Source of the DNA: Schmidtea nova
Lineage: Eukaryota
NCBI GenBank assembly: GCA_044892505.1
Contig: CM097882.1
Coordinates: 376,650,001 to 376,714,000 of the forward strand
Length of the DNA: 64,000 nucleotides
Direction of reading: 5' to 3'
Shown here: positions 1-13,629 of the stretch, in pieces
Position numbering within the stretch: position 1 is the stretch's first letter
Layout of the letters: each line of letters opens with the position of its first letter
The notes under the pieces: model-generated
Databases searched by the model: none
Told to the model about the DNA's origin: nothing
What the model saw: the letters and a program-made list of their open reading frames with translations, nothing else
Program-made: the position numbers and the translations under genes

Positions 1-2450
1 ATCCAGAATATTAAAAACCGATATTAAAAAGTAAATCGTTCGAATTAATGCTCAAATCCGATGGAATAATAATGAAACCGAAATTAACTTTATTCGATGT
101 CGAAAAAATTTCGTTGAAAAATTTATAACTTATTTTTATTTTATTTTTATTTAGCATATAAAATTTTTTAGATTAAATGCTTATTTAGATTTCGGAAAAT
201 ACGGATGAAAAATTTACTATTATGTGAATTTCGTTCCGATCAAAAAATGAAAATTTACTTTTTATTATATTGGAAAAATTTTTATAATGAAAAATTGTGA
301 ACCAAAAATTCTCCGAATATTGTTATGATATAAAAGATTTGGTTATTTTATAAAAATCCTAAGAATTTATAAATCAAAATTTATATTTGAAACCCATAAA
401 ATTTTTTTTAAAATCAAAAATATTATTATTATAATGAAAATTTTATCATTTCAGAAAATCCAAAATTTCAAAATTTTATAGGAAAAATTTTTACTATGTA
501 TATATATATACATAAAATATAAAAATTCGAATATAAAAATTCATATTATAAAAATTAGAAATGGTATTATTATATTATTAAAATTATAAAAAGCATTATA
601 AAAATGTATAATATAAAATTGGGAATTTTATTAGTATATCATTTTCATAAAATTATAAATTTAAAACTTATAAAAAGTATTGTAAAAATTTATATTATAA
701 AAATTAGAAATTTTATTATTATATTACTTTCATAAAATTATAAATTAAAAAAAAAAAAATTTATAAAAAGTATTATAAAAGTGTATATTATGAAAATTAT
801 AAATTTTATTATCATATTCATAAAATTATAAATTATTGTAAGAATGTGTATTATAAAAATTAGAAGTTTTATTATCATATTTTTATAAAATTATTTATGA
901 AAAGTATTATAAAAACTTATAATATAAAAATTGGAAATTTTATTATTGTATTATTTTCGTAAATTTATAAAAAGTATTATAAAAATTATTATTATTATTT
1001 TAATATAAAAATTATTATTATTATTTTAATTTTAAAATTATTTTATATAATTTATATATATATATTATAAATACCCCCACGATATCTCAAAAATCATATT
1101 GCATCCCTATTTGCAAAAAATTACATCCATTTCATTCAATAACATTTCCCATACTAATACACAAGCAACATATATTTAAAATACAATATACACACATACG
1201 CAGTATCATTTATTAGCATTCAATAGTTATATACACACAAGCCAACAATACTGAAAATTCTACACTGTTAAGTTAGTCGGCAACATACATCTAGAAAAAC
1301 CATACAAAAATTTCTATCATTCAAACCTACCATATAAAATTGAATTTACCCAGCCAAATAGGCCGTTTACATTACAGTTTATTTTTAATTTACAAAAATT
1401 TCATAAAAATAATAAAAACTCAAACGAAAAAAAGTAAAGACGAAAAAATTGTTATATAAAGATTTATTGATAAAAATTCAGTTTGAGGGATAAGAGTCCC
1501 CGGCAAGGATTTTTTCCGGTTTACAATGCTGGAAGGGCCAGTTCCAACATATTCTCTTCAAGAAATTTTCTAAAATTGATCAAAATAAATTATAATTCTG
1601 AAATAATCAAAATTTTACTTGGTTGGTAGAGCGGGCTATTTTGCTTCATAGGAGCTCGAGTTCTAATTGGATTGACCCGTTTGGGGTGGGAGAATTTTCC
1701 TCTGGTATCGTAGTTTCTGGAAAGGTCCATTTCTTGTTGATCTGAACTATAGTAATAGTTAATTTATCAATTTAGCGAAAATTTCAGGAAATTACATTTA
1801 AAATTAATATAAATTTTAAATTGAGTAAATTTGTCCTTTTGATTAAATTAGCAATTTTAAACAAACGGAAATTTTATTTTTATTATTTCTAAACTGGATT
1901 AAATTACGGTAATAATTAAAATTTTTCTTAAATTTCAAATGTAGATTAAATTTTTACTATAAAAATATAATATTTTATGTATTAATTATCATAAAATGCA
2001 ATATTGATAAAATATAGGGTTACATTAGTGTTTTGATGCTCGGAATAATTTATTTGGATGTATTAATGGATTTATAGTTATGTAGAGTGTTTATGTTGAA
2101 TTTCCGATAAAATTTTGTTGAATGCTTATAGATAAATCGTCGAAGAAGGGACAAAACGGGCAATAAACCTTCTATCGGTAGCCCTTGGACCCAGGAGATA
2201 TTCGGTCAATCATAGTTTCGTATTGACGACGCTCACTGATTGCGAATACCCACCCACTTGTTACAGTACCAACGTTACATAGTGACGGGTAACAAGATGG
2301 TAGCTTAAATGTTTTATGTGTTGAGTTGTTGATGCGAGCCATAGCAACGTCAAGGTCATATTGACGATCAACAACCCACCAATACTTAAAATTATGCAGC
2401 AATAAATATTCAAATAATCCTGATATTGATGGCAACATTCTTTTCAAAGA
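1..2450 (-). repeat. Copy A of a multi-kb degenerate composite repeat (AT-rich block, CA-rich block, exon-like pieces, conserved ~230-bp block)
   Basis: 31-420 aligns by eye with 4329-4860, 1074-1270 with 5151-5350, and 2030-2395 with 6445-6795. Strand is given from the exon-like and ORF orientation. Confidence 0.8.
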
Positions 2451-4328
2451 ATTAAAAATTCAGTTATGTTTTATAAAAATGATATTTCTGCTTGATTTAT
2501 TGAATATTTTATATGAAAATACATTAAGTGAAACATTTCTTAACGGTTCAATTATTTTAAAAATTTACCTTAAACTACCAGTATCCGTGGCTACTGGGGA
2601 AATAAGTTTTTCTTAATTTAAAACAATAAAAAGTTATTTAAGATGCATAATTACTCAAGAATGTTTGACGGATTTTTCTATAAAATCTATAGAAAACTTA
2701 TTATTGTTGGGCCAAAACGCAATTTGTTTTAATAAAGCGATAACCCCATAGGTAGAGGACGCGCAAGATTCCATTTTTAACTTTAGCTGCCATTAAAAAT
2801 CCAACAATTAAGTGGAAAACACCAAAAGGTGAAGTGGAATCAAAACACATCAACCGGTAGAGTAAGCGCTAACTGCGAATTTGTAAGTCTTTTCACTGAA
2901 ATCTCGAGAAAAATTAAAAGCAGAATGTTTGGAAGCTAGAATAGGCAAAAAACCCATGGAGAATGCCCATAAAGAACAGAATTTTGTCATAAACCTTCAA
3001 GTGCAGAAAAATTAACACAATTCTAGAGGAAAATTGTGAATTTATCACAAAATTTCACATATAACAATAGAAAGAATTAATATGGATCGAAAATCATAAA
3101 TTAAATCAAATCGAACAAATTTCGATTCAAACATAAAAATTTTGAATTAAAATAAATTATTTATAGTTTATAAAAAATTATTATACACAAATATGGAATT
3201 AATTTTCAGAAAATCATTAGAATTAATTTAGAAAAAATTAAGAGAAAATTCTAGAACAATTTGTTTTATTGCACTACTGAAGATAGAGAAAATTTGATGG
3301 TATATATACCGCCATCAAAATGGCAGAAGTCAGATTTTTGTGGAAGAATTTTCGTTTTTAACTAAGAATTGTGTAGAATTTTGTGAAAATTTTTCATTTT
3401 TGAGCAGATTTTGTGAAAGAGAAAGAATTTTTTTGATTGAAGCAGAATTTGAAAGAAATCTTTTCGTTTTTTACAGAAGATACTTCGAAGTTTAAAGAAT
3501 TTAAAAGAAGAATTCAATAGAATTTTTGGGAAAATAAAGATTTTGAAAGACGTTATTAGAATTTGAGAGCCGCACTAAGCAAAAGAAAACCAAAAGCCAC
3601 ATTATTAATTTATTTGGATCAAGATCAGAATCTCTCCGGAAACTAGAACCGTAAGGGTTAATTTGATTGTTTATTATTCTTATTTGTATTAGGATTGGAA
3701 TGATCGTTATCATGCCTAACGATCCTTCCATTCCTCGTCTTTTATTATTTAACATGTCAGTTATTATTTTATTAATTCTAGTGATTTATTAAAATATTTT
3801 AATGATTAGTTCTTTTAAATTTTTCTGGTAGAATAATTTTTGTTACAAAATCCCAATACATTCCAAAAAATTTCATTGTAAGTAGCAAACTAAATAAAAT
3901 TATGAAAATAAATAAAATAATTTTTTTTTCTCCCATATCTTCTGACGATCCGTCCAGCCTTGGTTGTGCGGATCTGTTAGTAGCCTGGGTGGATCGTTGT
4001 CTGATTGGTAATCGGCCAGCCCATATTTCCACTTTAAGGTGAGGCTCATACATCCAAATTCTCGTCATCCCAACTGGGGAATCGTGGTTTGGCCAAGAGC
4101 AAGGATTTGTTATATTAATGATTTTTATTATAATAAAGTAGCATATTTTTATTATCTACATAAGCAATTTCGTAACACAATATAAAATCTTCTAATTCAC
4201 GTCTTGAAATCTAAAATAGGAAATATTATTGATTAAAAAATCGACTCGTACTCACCTTCACCTTCACGCTCTCAATCGACGATCATCTTATGGGAAAACA
4301 CAAGAAAATTGGAAGCTAATGATGAAAG

Positions 4329-6800
4329 GCAAATCGTTCGAAATAATGCTCAAAGCTAGAATAATGCTCCTGAAATGAAAACGAATTGTGAAACAAGTAT
4401 TGATTTGATCTGAATTAAAACTCATTATGGTCTAAATAAGTTTTCCTGTGAATTTTGTTTTTCGAGAGCCTGAAATTCCTAAGTGAAGTGCCCCGAAAAA
4501 TTTGCGTGTACTTTGATTGGGAAATTCATGTTCAACAAAACCGAAATTTACTTCACTTGATGTTAAAAATATTCGTTGAAAAATGTATAACTTATTTTTT
4601 ATTTTATTTTTATTTAGCATATAAAAACTCTTTAGATTAAATGCTTATTTAGATCTCGAAATTTATGGATAAAAATTTATTATCATTTCATTTTGATCAG
4701 GAATAAAGATTTGCTTTTTATTATGCTGAAAAGATTTTATAATGAAAAATTGTAAACCAAAAATTTTCCTAATATTGTTAATATAAAAAAGATCTTATCA
4801 TTTCATAAAATTCCAGAGAATTTGAAAATCAAAAGTTGTACTAAACCCCATAAAAATTATAAATTGAAATTTTATTATTATATTAATAAATTTTTATCTT
4901 TTAATAAAAATCTGGATTCGAAATTCTATAGAAAAAATTTAAGATTAATATAGTTATTTCTTAAAATATAAAAATTTAATTTCAAAAACCTATATTATCA
5001 AAATTATAAATTTCATCATCATTTAATAAAATTGGAACATTAGAAACCCAAAAAAGTAATATAAAAATTAGTATTATTATTTTAATTTAAAAATGATTAT
5101 TATTATTTTAATTTAAAAATATTTTATAGTTTATTTAAATTATAATATAACCCCCCACGATATCTTAAAAATAATGATACATCACTCATTGCAAGAAATC
5201 ACACCCTTTACACTCAATAGCATCATCCATACTAATACCCAACCAACATAAATATAAAATACAATACACACACATGCACAGTATCATTCAATAACATTCA
5301 ACAATCACATACACACCCACAAACCATACCAAAAATTTCACCCAGACATGCTAGTTAGAATCGTACGTCCAACCACACTCACAAGCATTCAATTGTTTTA
5401 AATCACCTATTCACAAATCACACACAAACATAACAGTAACAATAGAACACACAGTCATTATACTACACCTCATCCAACTACCACGACATACAAACTGACA
5501 ACCCCTACATCTTCATCATATATCATCACCATTCATCTCAAAATCACCTTATATAAAAATTCCACACTTATCACCACAAGATTCACCAAGTTGAACATTA
5601 TGGATAATCTACATCTATATGTAACCACATCATGCATATTGGACCCCCCTCACGGATAAAATGTCAATTGTTTTATTTATAAAATAATCTCAGTTGAGAT
5701 AAAATAAAATAACTAGGAATACACTAGGTTATTATTATAATTCAAGCATTTGATAGAAATAAATTCAACGAATATTTATTATTAGAAAATTAGAAAAAGA
5801 AAATTAAAATCACGAATATTTATTGTTGTAGAATTATAATAGAATCAACAAATACTTATTGTCATAGTGTTCAAGTTTTTGATTATAGAATTTTTTTTTT
5901 GAGAAAATTGGTTTGGGTTTCGAATTCGGCATTGACCTTGCAGGGCGGAATTTGTTGAAGTCACCGGATCCCAGTTTCTATACTATAAAAGTAATTAATT
6001 TCAATTTACCATTTGATTTTCAAACTAACTTGTTGGAAAATTTGATTAGCCGTCAACCTTTTAACAGCATGGACCATGGCAGTTAATTGATGGGATTTAG
6101 ATTCGTCTCTTTTGGAATGACTGATTATCCGCATTTGGTCCTGAATTTGCTGGCTGTAATGCAACATAATTGTAAAATATATTAATTTGAAATAATTAAC
6201 TTACTTTTGATAGATTATTTAAATTTAGATTGTTAAATTTTGAATACATTGAAAGATTTAAACAATGTATTTTACTTTCCTAATACTATTATTTAGGAAA
6301 TGAAAATTATAATATTATTATTTAGAAAATAAAAATTAAAGTTTAAAATTTTAAATACAGGATTAAAATTTTTTTTTTAAAAAATGTTCTATCTATTATT
6401 ATTTTTAAATTGTAATATTAGTGAAATATCATGAACAATTGGTGTTTTTGATGCTCGGAATCATTTATTTGGGTGTAATAATAAATTTAAAGTTATGTAG
6501 AATATTTAGGTAAATTTCTGATAAAATTTGTATTGAAAGCTTATAAGTAAATCATGTAAGAAGGGACAAAATGGGCAAGAAACCTTCTATCGGTAGCCCT
6601 TGGACCCAGGAGATATTCGGTCAATCATAGTTTCGTATTGACGACGCTCACTGATTGCGAATACCCACCCACTTGTTACAGTACCAACGTTACATAGTGA
6701 CGGGTAACAAGGTGGTAATTTCAATGTTTTATGTGTTGAGTTGTTGATGAGAGCCATAGAAACGTCAAGGTCGTATTGACGATCAATAACCCACCATTAT
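4329..6800 (-). repeat. Copy B of the composite repeat
   Basis: Same block order as copy A. 6587-6710 is identical by eye to 2165-2290 (aaaccttctatcggtagcccttggacccaggagatattcggtc...). Confidence 0.8.
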
Positions 6801-8436
6801 GGATAAATTAGACTTGCGTACATTATTCAAAAATAGTGTTACTTTTAAAGCCAGAACAAAAATTTTGTAATTCTTTGTTTTATTAAAATTTAATAAATGT
6901 ATAATAAATACTACGTGGAGGGTGGAAATTTTGCAAAATGGTGACTCAATTGTAAGCAGCGATACGGTTAGTAATGTATATAGAAAAAATCAAAATCATC
7001 TTGCCACTTAATGTATGACTATTAAATCTTTATATAATGATAATTTTTATAAAAATAGGCTTGATAGTTCCAAAAAAGATAGAATTCTATTAAAAACAAA
7101 TATACAATATTTGGATTATTTGTAATAATTCATGACTATTAACTCGAAATTAGTAACTGTTGAACATTGATAGTTCATTAAGTAATGATATGATTTTTAA
7201 GGGCACATAGTTACGACAAATACTTCATGTTGTGTTTGCTTGCAGTATTTTTTTTATTATTTAAACTTTGTTCTAGGATGAACAGTACGACTTCCTGGAC
7301 TCCCAGAGAATAATGCGAGATCTGTGTTAGAGCCTTAATAGTGGGCCGTCATCGGACCGAAGAAGAATATGCATCATAGATCTGTTGTTATGTGGGTTGT
7401 TAAAATTTATTGTCAGTAGAGTTGCCGTAACCCACTTTTATGAAAATGCTAATTTACTTCACTCGTATGCACATAGTTACTCATTGATAATTTTCACATT
7501 GATACGAGAATTCAATAAGCATGTGAGTTTTGTTGACAAAACAACTCCTCATAATATTCTTTTTTTCCGGGTACCTGGCTGCCAATGGAAGGTCATACTC
7601 ATTAGATTTCTTTACATTTTTTCCTAACTTATCAACAAATAACTTTCTATAATATCGGTTTATGCTATCTAACATCTATACACAATTAGTCTACTTCAAC
7701 TAACACAAGATAACACCTTACACCCAGTGACCCTTCGACGATTCAGCAGCTTCCCTTCTATATTTCCAGATTTAAGTTCAAAATTCTTTTGTTTTTAATC
7801 GCTTATTAAAACTTGCAGATTTCTTTCTATATTTCTCAATAAATACTCTTTACACATTGATTCTATTTCCTCATCAAATTAGACACTAGGTAAGTTCACA
7901 GAACCACGTCAAGGGCATTCCATATACTTGAGACTTACAAAGTCCCCGAGAGGCCTCTGAAGACTCAGTTTATTTAATTTAATCCATTCGAGTTAAGTAT
8001 TATCACAATAATAAACAAAAAACAAAATTCTCCTTAAAATCTTTTATTAGCTTACAAATACAACTTCAAAGTTTCCATTACACAAAATGCAACAAAAACA
8101 AATGTTTCGTCCTGTTAGCATGCTCTGTCAAAATAACAAACCTTTCCTCTAAAATAATCAATTTCAATAAACTGATTTGGTCTGGTGAGTGAGAAAATAT
8201 TTGATCAACATGTTGGGTAAACACTGAGAATTATTTGAATGAAGCGGTAACACAGCGCGTAAAGAGCGCGCAATAATTAAATTTAAAATTGTATGAGCTA
8301 AAACACCAAGTAAAATATAGTAATCGCAAAACACCGAAATAATTAAATAAAACACGTATAAAAATTTAAATGAACAAAAGCGCATCAAATATACTCGTGA
8401 AAAACACATATATAACATAAAAACATCAGTCATATA

Positions 8437-8925
8437 ATGAAATTACAAATTAAAAATATGGCAGTAAACTATCACTTGAAGATTGTTTATTCAAGTCCTT
8501 ATCATCATCAATCTAATGGACAAATTGAAAGGCAATTTAAAACGCTAAGAGACTGGATTTCTTGCTGTTTGGAAGAGAAACAATTTAAGACATGGGAAGA
8601 AGCATTGCCCCATATAGAATTTGCAATGAATTGAACAATGCAGTCAAGTATAAAAGTTAGTCCTGTTGAAGTAATTTATGGAAGGGAATTTCGCAAAGAG
8701 CGTTTTACTAATGGTCCAGAAATTAATGCTAAAGAACGAAAGAAACATGAAATAGCATTGAATATTAAATCATTGAACCGTATAAATAATTAAAATCAGG
8801 AAAATCGAATACATAGATCTTTCGGAGTAGGTGAATTGGTATTCGTCAAGGAAGATCTCAGAAACAAGCAAGATAACAGGTATTGCGGACCTTTTGAAAT
8901 AATGGAAAAAATATAATAAAAATAG
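8437..8925 (+). mobile_element. Ty3/gypsy integrase C-terminal fragment (pseudogene)
   Basis: SSPYHHQSNGQIERQFKTL (integrase core E motif), LPHIEFAMN, SPVEVIYGRE, F.VGELVFVK and RYCGPFEI (GPY/F motif). Contains stops. Confidence 0.85.
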
Positions 8926-10368
8926 TTATTTAATAAGAAATGCTAATAATAAATGTATTACTAGAAATTTATTGTGTAATGCCTGCATGTGTGATTGATT
9001 ATGCTTGATTGACTGGGTCCTCAGATGACATCATTGATTATTATTTCCCATGAAGCTATTGCTGATTGTGCTGGTGTTGGCACACCGGGTACTATAAATA
9101 GTTTCAGAACTTCAAAAGTTATTCTTATTCTTTACAATGTGAAAAGCTGAATTTAATTTACAAATTCTGAATCTAAAATTTCTATCATCTTACAAAGATT
9201 TCAGTTAAAAATTGGAAATTAGAAATTTCATCGTAAATTATATATTATCGTAAATTTGATTTTTTTTATTTATTTTAGAAAATTTAAATCATAATGTATA
9301 AAAATTTACTTTATTATTTTAGAAATTGTATAAAAATTTAAATATCTTCAATTTCATAAATTAAAAAATTCATCATAATATGATTTTATTAAATTCTAAA
9401 TTTAATTATTTAAAAATAATTTAATAAATGAAAACATCAGTTTATTAATTTACAAAGGTATAAAGTTCTGAATCTAAAAGTTCTATCATTTTATAAATTT
9501 TACAAAGATTTCAGTTAAAAATTGTAAATTAGAAAATTTATCGTAAATTTTATATTATCGTAAATTTGATTTATTTTTGATTTATTTGAGAAAATATAAA
9601 TTATATTGTATAAAAATTTATTTTATTATTTTAGAAATTGTATAAAAATATAAATTTAAATATCTTCAATCTTACATAGAGAAATTATAAATCAAAAAAT
9701 TCATCATAATATGAAATTATTAAATTTTAAATTAAATTTTTTAAAAATAAATTTATAAATGAAAACATCAGTTTATTATTTTGCAAAATTGGAAAATTTA
9801 TTTTACCTATGTATTTATTATATCACAAATTATCCCTCTAATAAACTAGTAATATCCAATAAAACACTCTTTGCAAATCAATACATCAATACCTCTCATT
9901 AACACTATCTATATTTAATACCACACCAGACAATCTATTCATTTACCAATACACACATACTGCATCATTTCATCGATAAACACCCATCAGCATAACACGT
10001 CCAGAAAATCCACACAAGCGTTCACTTATTCACACTCATCATTGAATTACCTATTTTATCCAATATCATTTCTTACATACAATCACCACAGAGAAATATT
10101 CGCAATAAGCCTATAAAATTATTTATAATTATAAACTTGCAGATACGACATCCCATATCACAAATTCATAGCACAACACGACATCCCTTAATATAAACAC
10201 CTGCGCATCACAACATTCATTGATACAATCCCCTTGCATTTCAAAAAATATCGCCAATCACAAATTCATTAAATCAGCTTAGTCAGCAATCCACATCCAC
10301 ATATAATGCTACACCTGAGAATTCATTTAGCTAAACATCTATACAAATTACTTCATCTCATTCATTAA

Positions 10369-13152
10369 CGGTTGTCCTCTGTTATGGGTATGGCATACCC
10401 ATTGAAAACTTATATCTTGTGTGTTCAATAGTCCTGAACTGGAATTCTCACGAATCTTCGTGACTTTTATTGTTTCTCTGGGTACTATTTAAAACAGAAA
10501 AAACTCTGGAAAAAAAATGAAGAGTAACACTTGTGCATCCGAATCGGTGTCTATCTATGTTATGGGTATGACATACCCACCTATTAATTAGCAAAATGAA
10601 AACGATAAATGCACAAAAACTAATTTTGTTTTTAATTTCTCATACTCAATTGTCCTTGACATTATCAGACAGTCACCCGCACACACATATACCGACACCC
10701 ATGCACACACACACAGAGAAAGAGAGTTTATCAGTCACGAGCACAGGTTTTGCAGATGTCTGCTTGGTGATCAATGCATCGGGGCTTTTTGCAGGCAGGA
10801 CATCCCCATGAATTCGTTTTATCTTTTTCTGCCGGACAGAAGGCGCATCGCTTGTTTTTTTTGCAATTTGAGGGGCTCCAGTTCTTCATTCACAATTGAA
10901 TTCACTTCATAGCCCAAGAGCTCCATGGAGTCTTTTATCTTAAAATTTAGTCTCTCTGACTGAATACGACGCTTGATTTGATTATCCACGAGCTGGTAAG
11001 CTGCCTTTTTCAAGAAATCATAATGAGACTCATGCTGTTGGACTGCACTGTGGCCTCGTTGAGTGAAGATAATGCAGCCATTATTGGTTGAAATGTCGAT
11101 GAGGTTGGAAAATATGACATACGGCCAACGTCGACATTTTCGTTTGCATGAAAACCCCTTGACTCTTTTGACGAAAGTGTCAACACCTGACTTGGTGCAA
11201 TTGTACAGTAAAACCGTGGTTGGCTTTTGATTGACAGAAGGAATGGTCACAACGCGATGCAAAATATAAATCATTAAAACCGGCTTTGTTCCCTTATCTC
11301 AAAAAGATACAAGCACTGCTCCGTTACCATCGTAATAAACCTTGGTATCCTTTCGGGTTCTTCCCTTCATTGACCACGCATCTGGTGGCACTCCGCGATT
11401 GTTATGGCGTATTGTTCCAATATACGATATTCCTTGTTGATTCAATTCATGAGCCAGTTCCAATGATGAAAACCAATTGTCACCTATGTAAAAGAAAAGT
11501 GGAATATAATCATGTAGAAATTGAAAGTGATTACATGACTTACCTGTGAGGTGACGTCCCGTGTTGAGATAAGGCTTGATGAGATGAAAGGTCACGGATT
11601 TTGCTGTGACATTTTGATTTGACAGGATAGTACCTTTGCCAACATAAATGATTGAATTCAGAGCATAGAAAGTCTCTGCATCACAAAGCCACAACAGTTT
11701 GATGCCGAACTTCCCAGGCTTCGTCCCAATATACTGTTGAAACTGAACACGGCCATTGAATTCAAGCAGTTGTTCATCTACAGTAAGATATTCACTAGGA
11801 ACATATATGTCTCGGAGCTTTCTGTTGAAGACTTCAGTAATACTTCTGACAGAAGCCAAGCGATCTTGTTTATCTCTCCGCTAAGGATCATCAAAACGAA
11901 GCATTGATTTTATTTGCAGAAAATGTTTCATCGTCATGGTTGCCCTAAATATTGGAAATCCATCTCAAACAGACCATAATTCCTCAAAATCTCTGTATCT
12001 TGCACGAAATGCTCCCATAATAATTAGCAGGCCAATAAATGCTTCAGTTCGTCCCTGTCGACCATTTTCCAATTCTTCTTAAAACTGTGATGGCTGTTGT
12101 TCCATTTCTGAATACGTCTGCGACCTTGCAAATTGGTGTAGTGCAATATGTCCTGAAAAGTGATATCCAAGAACATAAGCACTGCTTCTCTTTCATTGGT
12201 TGGATTTACACCAAGAGCGGGACCCGCATGGAAATTCATTACATTGTGCATTGCATGGCGACCACGGTTTGATGGAGCAATAGTTGACCAAACTGTACGT
12301 GAAAATGAAATAAACTCAAGATCTTCTTCCACTGTAGACCTGGATTCATCTTCCATGCTTTCGTCCTCACTGTTGCTAGATAAATTTGTTACTGCATCAC
12401 TATCTAGTGGATTCATCTTCTAGTGTATCGTCATTTGACTCCACATTCTCCTCCATTTCAATGCTCTGATCTTCATCGTTTTCAGAAGCATCATCATGAA
12501 TATCACCACTACCATCTGACTCAAAACCAATGGCCACATTTACAGCATGTTTGCAGACTCTATTTGGACTAGAGCTCATTTCTGAAATAAAGCAAATACC
12601 AATTATATAGTAATGTAGTAATGAAAACAAAGTTCATGATACGCTAATTGTAAATAGGACGAAATTTAAAACTGATTGAAATAACAAAGCCCTGAAAAAT
12701 GCGTAGTGCCTGGCGACAACTTCACCTAGGTGGGTAACATTTGTTTTTTATACAAGAACTGAAAATGTTTTTAGACCACTCAATACTAAAAATGTAACTT
12801 CTCGTACCTTATTGCCAATTTTTTAGTAATGTTTCCTTGTCGTAATAAATACACGCTTTGATAAAACAAGAAATTGACTTTTGACAAACGTTATTGTTGT
12901 TAACAAACACTTACTTAAAATGTATCGAAACACTTCAAAACCGCAGCAATAATTGTTTTTATTAAAACAACTTTATGTTAAAAAATGGAATCTACACTAA
13001 ATTATTCATCGTAGAAGTATTTTTACCTTACTAAATCACTTCTGTGATAAATAAAGTACGTATCAAACAAATTAAATAGAATTATTACATGTGTTGGTAT
13101 GCCATACCCATAACATAGACAACGCCTGATTTATTTTCACATAGGACAACCG
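10369..13152 (-). mobile_element. Full-length degenerate piggyBac DNA transposon (2784 bp)
   Basis: TTAA at 10365-10368 and 13153-13156. 10-bp TIR CGGTTGTCCT / AGGACAACCG. Subterminal repeat (c)tgttatgggtatg(g/a)catacc at ~10379-10399 and ~10556-10577, inverted at 13096-13118. Internal transposase homology. Confidence 0.93.
10731..12579 (-). pseudogene. piggyBac DDD transposase with C-terminal Cys-rich domain, disrupted, with one 60-nt intron (11484-11543)
   Basis: Acidic N-terminus, RFDD, YLTVDEQL (D1), GRHLT|GDNWFSS (D2), YNCTKSGVD (D3), RRWP, and CRD RCAFC...CPACKKPRCIDHQADICKTC across frameshifts. In-frame TGA at 11299-11301 and frameshifts near 12410, 12040, 11870, 10855 and 10810. Confidence 0.9.
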
Positions 13153-13397
13153 TTAACCACACTCACCAACAACATACTACACCCAGAGAATTTATACAAA
13201 ATCCATTTATCAATCACTTCACTCAGTAAATTCCCATAAAAATGCATCCATTCATATTGCCAAATCAAATCCATAATTGCATCAAATAACATCCCATACC
13301 TTAACTTATCACATTCAAAATTCTCTCATCTAGCCTAACTCTTAGAAAACCATTTAGATAGTGATCCGTATCGTCATACAATTCAATTTTTACTTAA

Positions 13398-13629
13398 CCC
13401 TTTCGCACCGACTTTCCGCTAATGACACTATGCTAAATTTATATATTGGAACTTGTTAATATTGACCTAAATATGAAATATTCTCATTTTTGTAATCATG
13501 GCGCTTCTGAATATATAGAACAATGAAACACTGAAAATAAACTTTAACACCGCAAATTGCTTTGAAAATATCCCAGTAGGATCATGATGAAAGTTTCTGG
13601 GACGTATTGTCCCAATAGGGGCGAAAGGG
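13398..13629. mobile_element. piggyBac-type MITE (232 bp)
   Basis: TTAA at 13394-13397 and 13630-13633. TIR CCCTTTCGC(A/C)CC. Confidence 0.8.

Noticed and set aside
2200-2245. Hammerhead-like ...CAGTGAG...CGAAAC on the minus strand of the conserved block
   Set aside because: It lacks CUGANGA and has no convincing helix II.
2172-2447. Calling the 91-aa ORF a trypsin-like protease
   Set aside because: There is only loose spacing similarity, with no catalytic His motif or GDSGGP. Kept as a hypothesis only.
11286-12423. Plus-strand ORFs 11286-11549, 12039-12272 and 12160-12423
   Set aside because: They are antisense shadows of the piggyBac transposase.
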